Below, piece after piece: positions 1 to 11,886 of a stretch of 64,000 bases of DNA. The notes below the pieces were generated by a model. That model had not been told where the DNA came from and did not search any database. It saw nothing but the letters and a program-made list of their open reading frames with translations. This DNA is from Monocercomonoides exilis PA203 (lineage: Eukaryota; Protista; Preaxostyla), in NCBI GenBank assembly GCA_001643675.2, contig LSRY02000018.1, positions 310,001 through 374,000 of the forward strand. Reading direction: 5' to 3'. The translations under genes and the position numbers were made by a program. Numbering within the stretch: position 1 is the stretch's first letter; each line of letters starts with the position of its first letter.

Positions 1-560
1 TCGATGAAATCTGTGTGAGGATCTGGTTCATCTTCCGTATGCAGATCACATTCGCTTCACGTCTGAACAGCGACAGCTTGCTGTGCATGCGTGTGCAGTC
101 TTCTTTGTTGATGTTTATGACCAGACTTGTTGTCTTGTTCATCCGTTCAACCACTGTGTCTATATCTGTCCCATAAACAGTATCCATCCCTTTCTTCCGC
201 AAAGTTAAAGCCATCCTTCCCAAAAGATACATTGTGCAGCCCTGAGAATCCACTAATTAGTATTCTTTTGCTTGAGCGAAAGAAATCGGCTCAATCTTCA
301 GGAACAGCAGGCCTAGCTTCGGCTGCTCTTCGCAGAAGAATATGTTCAGCAATGATATGCAGTGCTGGTTCAGTTCTGACGTGTTTCCGAAGGAAACAAC
401 CAGAAAGCCTTCTAAATTGGGTGGATAGACGGCTGAGTGTGGGAGATAAGAGATTCGGGCACAAGATGGAGCTATTTGTGTTTGTGGGGTGCAGTGGTTG
501 TTGAGTGTCCTGGGCGATTTCTGTGATTGGGCGAGCTTTCGTTGTACTGATTGGTCATCT

Positions 561-776
561 GAAGAAGAAGAAGCAGAAGCTGCAGTAGCAGAAGAAGAAG
601 AAGATAATGATGATGAAGAAGGAGAAGGAGAAGGAGAAGGAGAAGGAGAAGGAGGAGAAGGAGGAGAAGGAGGAGGAGAAGGAGAAGGAGGAGAAGGAGG
701 AGAAGGAGGAGAAGGAGGAGAAGGAGGAGAAGGAGGAGAAGGAGGAGAAGGAGAAGAAGGAGAAGAAGGAGAAGAA
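561..776 (+). repeat. Purine-rich GAA/GGA-GAA microsatellite (poly Glu/Gly frame at the end of ORF 489..827)
   Basis: Tandem GGAGAA/GGAGGAGAA units read directly; the poly-Leu and poly-KE ORFs here are by-products. Confidence 0.85.
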
Positions 777-2652
777 ACCGCACGATTTGAAAAAATGCTG
801 CTTGAAATAAAATTTCTCTCTGAATGACGCTCAATATAAAAAAAAATGATGTTTTTTGGGATGGAAAAATGATTTTAAAAAATACATAAAAATTATTAGT
901 TTTGCATTGATTATAAAAATTCCGTCAAAAGTTCACGCCTGTCCTTTCTGTCGCAAATGCAGAGGATTGCCCAATCACTGATGCTGCCATTCTCCTTTTC
1001 CATTGTTTCCCTGTGCTCCTTTCTCCATCATCCTTTATTCCCCACAAATATCCCGCTTTCGATATTGTCATCCACTTTTTTTCCACAGGAAAAAATAATT
1101 CGGTATTTTAACTTTTCAAGTGATGTCCATTTGCTGGCATTCTTCTTTTCATTCTCAACCAAATACTTTGAAATCGAATTTGTTTTCTTCCCCTCTCCCA
1201 ACTGAATGCGAAAAACATGCAATCCTCATTCGAATGATTGTTTCTAGCCATCCAGCTCTCTTCTGATATTCTCCTCAGAAAAACAAAGAAATTACCATTT
1301 ATATAATTTATCAGATTCTTGCACTCTGAAAAGATGGTTTATAAAAGCATCTTCTAAGCAAACAGGAACGATAAAAAATGCATACATGCAAATATTTCGA
1401 TTTTTAAAAAAATGTTGAATTTCCTTCAATGATGTTTTTCATAAAAATCTTCTCCCCCAATTCCATCGACGATGTCCCTCCTTCGCTGTCTCGTGCAGCC
1501 TCTCAAAATAATATCGTCCATTCCACAGAAAATATTCGCTCACCGTTCTCTCATTTTAACAATGAATATTTGTTTTTTCAAATCTGATGATCTGTATATC
1601 CATTACTGCAAACACGAAAAAAGATTTATCGTTTTTTCTTTCTTTCTTTGTTTGTAACGCCTTGGCAAATATCACTAACAACACAGAATGGTATAACAAC
1701 TTATATTTTCGTGGTTGTTTTGAGTTTTTATTTTGCACCAATTTCTTCAATCAAATGATATCTGAACTCAAATCAAATGGCGAAATTTCATTGCTTTCTG
1801 AATGCAACGCTTTTCAAAAATGCAGATAACGAGCGGAACTGAAAGGTTTAATGGTTTGTGCTCGTTGTTGAATTTAAAAGGTTTCTTGTAATATGTTTTT
1901 CTTTGTTTTTTTGAAGAATTGTTTTCTAAACTGGAAGATCACGCTGAAGATGAGAAGAAGCAGAAGATTGAAGAAATGAATGAAATAGTTGAAGAAATGG
2001 ATTATTATGAATTCATGTCAGTTTTCACAACAAAACTATTCGACAAAATATCCAAAATGATTGAAGAAAAAAAAATGTCAATGGAAAATGCTTTATATTT
2101 GCTGAAGCGCATTGGGCATTTCATCGCATTGAAAAATATACGGATTTAAAGCTTTGAATATTCTTTGCTGAAAGCAAGATTTGAGAAGATAATATTTTAC
2201 AAATATGAAAAAGGAGATGGAGAGGATGAAAATCTGCTGGTTGATCTTTGTGAATGCTTTTTGATATTATGCTTTAACTGTATTTCAGATGAATCACTTT
2301 CAATCTGTGTGCCCTGTCTTTTGAAAGTTTCTTTGAAGAAAGAAGAAAGCGAGGAAATTCAAAAAGAAGTGGAAATTGCTTTGCTATCATTGAGCAATAT
2401 TAAATTTTGTGTATTAACATTTATATTTCCTTTTTGATGTTTTTATTGAAAAAGAAAATATGAAATTCACTTTCTTCTCTTCACCCACCGCGTCTTCACT
2501 CCCACCCTGTAAATTAAGTTTTAAATAAGTTCCAAATACAATACCAGACCAAAACCCATTTTGAAACACATTTCACCTTTTTCTCTTCAAGCGCAATTTG
2601 TATTCTTATCCGCTTTTTCCTCGCTTCACTTTTTTAAACCAGATTCGCTTGG

Positions 2653-2786
2653 GTGACTGACCCTTAAGTGATACTCTCAGATCGAAGAGAAGAAAGTGAA
2701 TTTCATATTTTCTTTTTCAATCAAAACGCAAGCATTTTGATTAACAAGAAAACATTCATTCACTTTCTTCTCTTCGATCTGAGAGT
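2653..2786. repeat. DIRS internal complementary region (ICR) plus direct repeat of the 5' terminal segment
   Basis: 2684-2721 is the exact reverse complement of 2445-2482 (38 bp). 2718-2786 is the reverse complement of 7189-7257 (69 bp, 1 mismatch). 2653-2701 directly repeats 7169-7217 (1 mismatch). Confidence 0.93.
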
Positions 2787-2802
2787 TTGTAGAAATTGGG
2801 AG

Positions 2803-4885
2803 TTATGGATTGCTTTCTGAATTTTCTCTTTCCATCATTTCTTTTCGTCTCTGTGATCTTGTTCGAATAATAAACTGGATGCATTTTTCTTCGATGATTT
2901 CATTTTCGTCTTTCTCGTTTTCAATGTTCGTGGTATTTGATTGCTTTTCGTGGATAGATTGAAACTCATTATCATCTGGTTCTTCAATGCGGTCTTGTTG
3001 TGAGATCTTTTCTCTTGCTTTCTCTGTTTCATGGCCTTCTGGCAAACGTGATTGTTGATTGATGGGAACAATGGAATCCTTTTCGTCTGATGTGGATGTG
3101 GATGGAGGAATTGTGGAAGGCTGTTGAATTGCTTTCTTTGTCTCCTGATTCGATGAAATTATCTGTGCCATCTTGTTTGATATGTTGGATTTGAAATAAT
3201 GCTTTATCACAGTGTTGCTTCTGGGGGATAATCTTGCAAATTTTGCCACCTGTTAGACTGGAGTTCCCGCCATTGTTAAGGCTGATATTGAAGCATGTTT
3301 CAATGTGTATGGGCTGCAGTTCGAAGGGATTCTTGCATCTTTCATCATTTCGCTGGCTGCTTTTCGAATTGCTCGGGCCTTCATTGGATCATATGTTGAA
3401 GAGCTCAGAAGTAGTTTATTGGAAGCAGGATTGTGAATTTTCACTCGATCCCATAGATCTTTAACGGCTATTGCTGGACATATGGGTAATTCTTTTTGAA
3501 AAGTCGCAAATGTTAAATTTATAAATTAATCAAAATTTTCATATTTTGCTCAAATATCTGCTTTCACTCACGAATCTCCTCAAGAATGTTTGAAATGGCA
3601 TTATCCAGAAATAGATTTTATATTGGAGAAGTTTGGTGTATGTTTACATAAATATAAGTAAAATATGAAAATTTTGAATAATTTGAAAATTAAACATTTG
3701 CGACTTTTCAAAAAGAATAACCCATATCAAACTTTCCTTGCTGAGGAAAGGGATGACAATGTTGCTTCTTTCAAGTCCAGTTTTTAGTGATGCATTCAGG
3801 TTAATTGATTGCTTATTTATTTCTGATTCCTTGAGATTAATTCTTTCCAGTTCTGTAAAGCGGAACGCAGAGAACATCATACACAAACAAATTGTTTTCT
3901 TCGTTAGCTGTGAGAATGATAAATTTTCGTTCTTTCCAATCGTTTCTATATACATGAATAGTTGTTGAGGGTTCCACATATCATCTTGTCTCTTTTTCTT
4001 TCTGCATTCCGATCTCCTGAATGATCTAAACAGGATTGAAATCAAGGTGTTCTCCCCAAGTGATTTTCCGTATAATACTGATGTTAGGAAGGAAATGGCA
4101 GATCTGACAATTCTCAAAGAAGAAGCTTTCATTCCGTTGTTTTTCAAGGCGACAAACACATCCAAGCATCTTTTTTGCCAAATCTGAAATTTAGAAGGGA
4201 TGTCTTTGAATTTCAACTGATCCCATCCGTCTTTGAAATGTGTGAAACCATAAGTGCATTTCATCCATGTTACACTAGCGACGCTGTTTTTGCACTCTTC
4301 GGCAAGTTCACGTGACATGCTTCTTGATGCTAAAATCTCGTTCCACCACGATTCTCCCTTTTCGGTTATGGATTGATTGCGCATATCCTCAGTCTCCCTG
4401 GAGGAAGCGTTGCATTCATTAGCTTCATCCATCTTCCTTCCCTGATTATCTCCTCCTTTCTCCTCCATGTCCAAGAGATGTGATTTGTGTTGTTCAGCAG
4501 AGGTTCCCATATCTGACCTTTCCAATATGGAAGAAGAAGAAGAACTCGAGCTTTCTCCATCGCTGCTTTTCGGATCACTGCTGGAATCAAAGGAACCGGT
4601 GGATGCGCAAGAACTGTCTCGTTTTTCCAAGAAATTTGTAACCCGTCTTGACTTAAATTGCTTCCTGGTCCGCACCATCTCGTTGCTTTTGTGTTTTCTT
4701 TTGTTGCGAACGCATCGAGTGTGATGTGCATCTGAAGCTGATTGGTGATCTCTTCGAGTGCTTCTTGTTCGACTTCGTAATCTCCTCCTTTTGCCAATCT
4801 CGATAGGCCATCTGCTCTGACGTTTCTCTTTCCGGGAATATGATGAGCTTTCACAACAACTTTCAGCGCTTGAGTTTGATTCCAT
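2803..4885 (-). pseudogene. DIRS tyrosine recombinase, disrupted by a MITE (3484-3723) and a TAA at 3253-3255
   Basis: CMMFSAFRFTEL carries the catalytic Arg box. Removing the MITE restores ESLICPAIAV, followed by YTLKHASIS and TVIKHY in one frame. The ORF overlaps the RNase H/MT region in another frame, as is usual for DIRS. Confidence 0.88.
3484..3723. mobile_element. 240-bp MITE with about 37-bp TIRs
   Basis: Left end GGGTAATTCTTTTTGAAAAGTCGCAAATGTTAAATTT; right end reverse complement GGGTTATTCTTTTTGAAAAGTCGCAAATGTTTAATTT. Flanked by ATAT at 3480-3483 and 3724-3727 (equivalently a TA duplication with TGGG..CCCA ends). Confidence 0.92.
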
Positions 4886-6534
4886 ATTTTTTTCAGAATG
4901 GTTCTGAGATTCTGACCATCTCCCTATTGATTCAGATTTTTAACTGCTGTTGTGTTGTCTGATCGAATAAGTTGATTTCTTTTTTCTTGATTTCGAATGG
5001 AATTTGAGAAATGCGCGATGGCTTGATTTATTGCGAATAGCTCTCTGCAATTTGAACTTTGGTTTCTGATTGAAGGGGGAAGAGGTTTGTGAAAGTCCAG
5101 CATTTGATTGTTAACTTTTAGTGTTGTGCCAATGGAGAACCCTAACGAATTTGCTGTTAGAATAGCTTATTGTTGAAGCACTGGAATCAATATTATTGGT
5201 TGGTTCTCTTTCAGCCTTTCGCTCCACTTCATGAGGCAATTTGTTATCGATGCATTCACGCGCAGTTTTCCTTTCCATCCATTCAGACTCAAAGCTTTGT
5301 TTTGGAGTTTGTACATTTGTGACAAATTCAGGGAGGCCTCTTGATGCAGGAATCTGGTTGCATTCAGTTTCCCTATCAATGAGGCAAACTTCTTTATCGA
5401 AACAACTCTGTTGTTCTGGGCAATCCTTCTCCATTTCTTGCACTCTTTCATCAGCTCGGTTTTCTTCGATTCCTCTATCTGTACCACAAACTGATCGGTA
5501 TCCCATTGGAAGCCCAAAAATTTGAACTGCTGACTTGGAATTAAATGACATTTTTCCGAATTGACCAACAGTCCCAATTTGTTAAACATCGAAATGGTTT
5601 TCTCCACTAAAATATTGAGTTCCTGCGGGTCTTGATGAAGAAGAACAATATCGTCCAGGTATGCAATGGCTCTCACCTTCCATTCCTCCCTCATGTATTT
5701 TAGGACTTTCCTCATCACTTTTGTGAACGTTCGAGGCGCATCTTTGAATCCGAAAGGCATTCCGTGGAAAGCGTAATATTTTCCTTTGAAAACGAATGAA
5801 AGGAATGGCGATAATTCTTCGCTGTCTTTTATAAGATAATAAGCTTGGCTCAAGTCCAACGTGACTGCGTAATCCTTATCTTGAATGATTTTCTCCAATG
5901 TTCTGATGTCTTCTTGCTTGTAATAAATCGTCTTGATTGCATTGTTGAGTCTTCGGCAATCCACGATTTGCCTCCAGCCACCGTCTTTCTTTCTGATTAC
6001 AAACACTGGATTCAAATGCTTCACATCCTTCTCCTGAATCGGCTTGATGATATTTGTTTCCAGTTGCTTCTTGATCATCTCTAAAAAGGCTTGTTGGGCT
6101 TCTTGACTCTGATGCTCCAAAGGGTTGAATGCTCCTGTTTTCTTGAGTGATTCCTTCGCGGCTTTGCTCCTCCATACAGGGATTACTCCTTTCCCAATAA
6201 TTCGTGCTCCTCCAATTTTTTCCCATTCTTCTCGAAATAAACAAGTTCTTCCTCCAACCATTGCCTCTTGTCGGACTTCTGCGGGCTGTAGAATGCTGTT
6301 CGTATCTTCTATTGGAATTTTCGCTCCCCTGATTGTCTTCTTGAAGCGAAACCTGAAGCTTTTGGTCGCAGCCGGATTTGGTTTTGTTGTCTTGACAACC
6401 GGGGAGCTGCTTGAAAAAATCTGTGGCTTACTGATCTTCAGGTTGGAATTGTTCTGGCTCTTATCGAACTTCTTCTCACAGGCCAGCGAGTTGTTTACAG
6501 CTTGTATTGTTGACTCTTTTCTGTTTTTCTCCAT
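4366..6534 (-). pseudogene. DIRS pol: reverse transcriptase, RNase H and DNA adenine methyltransferase-like domain in one frame with two nonsense codons
   Basis: ORFs 5167..6534 and 4366..4854 share a frame, with stops TAA 5167-5169 and TAG 4924-4926. The bridging segment has SSNCRELFAI and IRSDNTTAV, then HIPGKRNVRADGLSR (RNase H) and LDAFATKENTK...W...LAHPP (MT-like). Confidence 0.92.
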
Positions 6535-7150
6535 TCTTCTAGAAAGTTTGATTGTATTTATATTTAAAGACTGGTAGCTGAGCTCTCCTTCATCTGTGCA
6601 GCTGACCTAAAGCCGAATCTTCCTTGAATTCTTACAGATCTTGCTTCCTTCAGAGCTTTTGAAACTTATATAATTGTATCTGCAATCGATCCTTTTTCGT
6701 CATCTTTTTCTTTTTATTTCGCGTGTGTGTAAAGCAGGATTTTAATGGCTGGATATAGAAATGCTTCTGTTCGCTCGCCTGCCTTATCCTATGCATCATT
6801 CATCCAATTATCTGTTCTAGAAGCTGTAGGAGGAGCCTTTGGCAGAAATGGATTTAAATCATCTTCCTTCAGGTCAATAATAAGATCTTCTAAATATCTA
6901 TCTGGTAAATCCATATCATATAAGCTGCAATCCGGATCTCTGAGAAATATTGTTTTAAAACTATTTTCCAGCAGCAAACTATCCTCGCCATGGCTTTCTT
7001 TAGCTTCTGAAGCTCCCGGGATCTGTTGGGAAAATCAGAACTGGAATGAGAAATAGAACTTGAAAACATCTCTCCCGGAGGTCCATCTGACATCATTGAT
7101 GTGGCAGAATTCAACGCGGGTCCAGTGCTGAGTGGAGAGCTTGGGAGCAT
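6535..7150 (-). pseudogene. Decayed gag-like ORF1 of the DIRS element
   Basis: ATG at 7150 lies just inside the 5' terminal repeat and upstream of pol; the region is fragmented by a frame change and several TAA/TAG. Called from position only. Confidence 0.5.
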
Positions 7151-8474
7151 ACTTTTTTCAGATTCGCCGTGACTGACCCTTAAGTGATACTCTCAGATCA
7201 AAGAGAAGAAAGTGAATGAATGTTTTCTTGTTAATCAAAATGCTTGCGTTTTGATTGCTTTTCTTATTTTTCATATTTTTCTTTTTTCTAATTAGTTAAT
7301 CGAACGAGAACTATATTTGAAAGAAATTACAAAAATCATCGAACATCAACAGAAACACAGAAATCTTACGCATCTGGCCTATCAATCTGCTTGGAGTTTT
7401 TTGATAGACAGATTATTTTACGATGAGAATGTAGAAGAGGTGATTGTGAATGAGCTGCATTTTGGAAGAGAAGCAGTAAGAGAACTGGAAGAGCTAACAA
7501 GAAATATGGATTGGAAGAAGAAAGAAGAGAAAATGAACAAAGAAGAAGCGAAAGAAGTGCTGATAATTAGGAGATGGCTCGAAACATTGTAGATTTATTT
7601 TCTCACTTGTCGATTGTGGAATGAAGAAAATGAAGGGCTAATCAATAGCATTGTTCAGGTATATCGAGCAGCAAAAGGGAATAATGGAGTAATTAGCAAT
7701 CAATGCATTTTCTCCTTGAGATATGCAGCAGAAAATAGAGATGCGAAAGTTGTAGATTTGTTGAAAGGAGGAGCAGTTTATGCTATTTTGGAAGAAATGC
7801 AGCAACGAACATTGAAAAATAAAATGGCAAGAGAAAACTTGCATTTCTTTTTGAGTGTTTCAGAAAGATTGAACGAAAAGACGGATAATAAAATGGAAGA
7901 AGAGGAAAGAAAGTCAACGAAAAAGAAAGTCTTTGAAAAGATGGAAGAAGAAGGATACGAAGGTATCATCACCAGCTTTCATGAAACTTTAAAGATTTTT
8001 AACATACGATATAATTGTGGACCATCGTTGAAAATTTCTGATTATTTTGTGAATGTTTGAGGAAATGAAATTCCTCGAATTTTATGACACAAAATATTTA
8101 TTTTTATTTTTATCATTTCGTGAAATTGAAAATAATCATTTGAGTGTATTTAAATTTTTATTTTTGTCTCGCTTCATTTCGATGAAATGAAGAGAAAAAG
8201 AGAGAGAGAGAGAGAGAGACATAAAATGACTTTCATTTTCCTCTTTTTCAAATGATTTGTCTGTTCATCAATTTTTATGAGACAAAAATCAGTGAGTCCT
8301 TTCTCATTCATCAACTTGAAAAGTCTCTTCTCTGCTCCTTTCAGTGGTTTTGTGTTTCTTTTGCTTCTTCCCTTGTTTTTCCTTGTTTCATATGATTACA
8401 GTTCTCTGAAGAAAAGAAATCAAAACCTTATGAAGAAAAAAGAAGATTTCTTTTGGTAAATGGTCGTTCTTTTG

Positions 8475-11400
8475 TCACTTTTCAATCGCAAATATCCAGA
8501 TTCTTCTTCGGTTAACTTGCAATCTCTCTTCTATCTTCTTTCTCTTCATATTCCCCATCATCACATTTATCTCTTTTGCCGTTCTGTGATTCAAGTGCTT
8601 TTTTTCATTTTGTGCAACCGAACCAATTCCATTTGAATCATCCCTTGCACCTCCCATGCTTGTGGAAACTGAAGAAAAAGATTGTATTTTCTTGAAGAAG
8701 ATGATGACGTTGACAAAAAATTTTGCTCTGTTGGTGTGTCTAATGTTGAAACTGAGTCAAATTGACAGTTTTCAGTGGTACTTCCAGCTGAAAACTTTGT
8801 TAAAGAAGCTTTTCCAAAATTCATGGTTCCATTTGTGAAGAATTTGGCAAGCTGCTTGAAATAATCATTGACCATTGAAATATTTCAGCTGTGATTGGAG
8901 TGTAATCAGAAGAAATAACGCTGGCCATCTAAAACCTTCAAAAGACGAATTTCCGCAATATTCCTTGTTGATTCAGCTGAGCACGAAACAATGTGTGCTT
9001 TTATCCTTTTCTTCTCCCTCTTTTCAGCTTGTTTGGGTGGGATTGCAAACAAAAAATGAATGGACCCGATAAAACCAGTTCATCATTCACCATCCATGTT
9101 AAAGTTCTAAGAAATTGTGCTTAACTTTCTCTGCTGTGGCAAATTTATTTCATCTCCTTCTTTCTTCTTCGAATAAATCTGATTCCTCATTATTTTTTGA
9201 AAATTCACTGAATAAAAAAATAACAATTCAAAAATATCATTAAAAATTGCAAACCTTCAGGACATTTTTTCAATCAGTTTTCGAAATTTTTCAAATGAAC
9301 ATTGCTCGTTTTCCTCCACAAAATACTCCGGTCAAATGTTTTTCTTGATTTCTTCTGTTTTCAAATATTTTCACAAGCACCATAATCTGATTCAGATTCA
9401 ACCTCAGCTCCAGATGCAGACAAATCTTCAAAAGACATTTTCTAATATTCTACAGACTCCTCATCTGCCTCGCAAGGCTTCATCATCACAAACGCAATCA
9501 TCCTTTTCTTCTTCTCCCTCCTCCTCCTATTTTCGCTTCAATTCTTTGTCTAAAAGCAACTCCGATCCATCTATTCAATTCCATCGAACACTGCGAAAAC
9601 TCACAGCTAATTGACATTTGTGATCAAAATGCTTATGTTGTACTTGATCTTCTGATAAAGCTGCCAGAAGAAGTGATGATGTATCTGAAAAAGCTTCTTG
9701 TTGACATCGAAGTGTAGCGGTTTTCGATTTTGTTCAACACCACAGCTTTCTTCATCTGCTTCATCGCAATTTATGCAACGTGGAAGTGGAGTGGAGAAGG
9801 TGACAGAGGATGAACAGTCATCATCATCATCATCGCTAACAGCTTCTGCAATCCGTTTTTCACATTCTTCAGCCAGGGATGCAACAAACTTATCATTAAC
9901 AAAAATGGATGATGTTGAGAGGTGGCTACAAATTGTGCTTCCTGAGGCTGACGTGGTGAATGAACAGTGTATTTCGCTGTTGCTGTTGATGCTTCTGTAT
10001 CCTCAAACGCGGTGGTGGAATTATTTGGCGAGACATATGGAATTTTTTTATGTTCCTTTCAGTTCCGCTGACAGCGCCGCTTTCGTCTCAAACATCCTCT
10101 GTGGGAGCGCAGTCAAAGAAGGAGAGGATATTTGAGGTGGAGTACGTGAATAGCATTTCTTTCGTTCTTCGATCTGATTGATCTGTCGCTGCTTCAGTTG
10201 GCAATAGTGCAACTGGTATTGCTGTTGCACCAATCGAGGCGTGCGATTGTGGAGTTTGAAGACGAAGTGACGATGTGTGAAGTTGGAGATATTGTGGGGG
10301 AGGAATTGGAGGAAACGTGGTTGAGGATGGAAGATGTGGTTCTGTTGCCTGCAGCTATTGAACTGATGGTGATGGGAAAAAGAAAAGAAGAAGTGGAAGA
10401 AAAAGAAGAATTAACGCAACAAATAAACGATATGGAGCCGGTAAGGAAGATAAAAATTTTCATTTTTCCGTGTTTGAATGATATGATTCTTCGGACTGTG
10501 TGATTAAAAGGCATCAAATGAAAACGAGATTTTGGATGAGGAAGATAATGCCTGATGAAAACGAAGAGAGTGAGTTGGCTGTGCTTCAACAGCGAGGAGG
10601 AAGAATGATAGAAAAAGTTGGCCTTCATTCATCAGTGTTCATGATGCAGATGACAATGCATCTGAAATGCATTCTCTGATGCTCAACGCACAAAATTCAA
10701 TGGTCCATGCACAAATACAGAAGCTGAGCGAAACAACAACTTTGTTGAAAAACAAACGATGAAAACAAAAACCATCAAATTCTCTTTCATTGTATGTGGC
10801 GACAAAGAAAGCAAACTTCGAATAATAATCTCCTTGCTTGCTCAAAATGTCTGTCCCTTCGAAGAATAAAATCCAAAAGCGATTAGCCTGAATGTTGTTC
10901 GACTGCCAACAAATATTCAACAATTGGATGTCTCGTCGTTGGCGTTTCTCCTTTCTTTTGAAGCAAAAGCGGAATCAGAAACAGAATTTCGCAGCCTTCC
11001 ATGTCTGTCTGGTGCAGTCCGAGAAACAGGAAACCATTATAAATTAAACGGATATTTTAGGGCCCTCCTTTTATCGTTGATTTATTGCCTTTCATATGAT
11101 AAATATCCTTCCCTCGATATTGCCAGCCACTTTCCTTGCCAAAAACCGCTCTTTTGCATTATATTCCAAAATGCCATATCATTTTGTGCAGATTTTGTCC
11201 TTCACAGAATTCCATCCTCATTTGTCTTCATTCAATAAAACATCAGTTGAATTTGTTTTCATCTCTTGTTCCAAATAAAAATTATGAAAATCATGTATCT
11301 TCCGTAACTCCATTTATTTCCCAATGGCTATATAATAATCTGCTCCATTCTCATCGTATTGCTCCACAAAGCGGAGATTGGCCATTTCAACAATAACTCA

Positions 11401-11600
11401 TATTCCTGCACTTTGGAAAGGATACAAATGGAAATATCTTCACAATCAATAGAACAATATAAATTACATACATTATGTCTTTTTGTGTAATTGATGAAAT
11501 TGCTGCATTCCCCTTGGCCATCCAATTGACAAAAATCATCAGATTGAATTTCAAAAATGTTGCGTTACCGTCATTGTCCTTTTTTTCCACGGGAAATTAT
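8475..11600 (-). pseudogene. Heavily decayed coding remnant(s), possibly of the Ser/Thr/Asn/Cys-rich beta-helix surface protein family
   Basis: Many short minus-strand ORF fragments with S/T/N/C-rich beta-strand-like sequence (e.g. STTENCQFDSVSTLD) and no long open frame. Boundaries are approximate. Confidence 0.3.
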
Positions 11601-11886
11601 GTTTGTAATTCTGCAAGATTAATTCATTCATCAACACTCATTTTGCTGATTGATATTCCAATTCAGAAATGAATAATTCGATCATTAATACCATAGCAAC
11701 AAACCGAATTAAGTTGAACATTTTTTTCTTAACAATCACTTTCCAACAGTGCCAAGACGATAAATAATGGTGTGAACACGACATTATTAATGACTATTTT
11801 GAGATTTTGTTGTTCGTTGATGTCATCAATCCAAACAAATGCTTGTTCAATGTGAATGATAAAAATTTTATTGTTTTGTGAATAAA

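Larger units (their letters stand above)
2445..7257 (-). mobile_element. DIRS-type tyrosine-recombinase retrotransposon (gag-like, RT, RNase H, methyltransferase-like domain, YR), full length but decayed
   Basis: RT motifs LDLSQAY / GMPFGFKDAPRTF / YLDD; DIRS RNase H motifs; overlapping YR ORF. Internal region 2684-2786 is complementary to both termini, and ATTG occurs at both ends. Confidence 0.93.
1820..8060 (+). pseudogene. Member 1 of an expanded helical-protein family (LFSxLED..E..KxKIxEMNE ... LVDLCEC ... AYQSAWxFLI ... EKMEEEGYE), interrupted by a DIRS element in intron 2
   Basis: Exons about 1820-1853, 1917-2410 and 7296-8060 are collinear with the paralogs at 11887-13299 and 14838-16250. 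Introns are GT-AG at 1854-1916 and 2411-7295. In-frame stops at 2147-2149 (TAA) and 7590-7592 (TAG). The start position is approximate. Confidence 0.8.

Noticed and set aside
472-834. Poly-Leu and poly-KE ORFs
   Set aside because: Alternative frames of a GGA/GAA microsatellite.
900-1700. Short ORFs upstream of family member 1
   Set aside because: No motif or splice model could be supported.
2803-7150. TAA/TAG-to-Gln alternative genetic code as an explanation for in-frame stops
   Set aside because: Intact host genes end in TAA (17658) and TAG (36194), and long ORFs including the RT use CAA/CAG without internal TAR, so the stops are decay.
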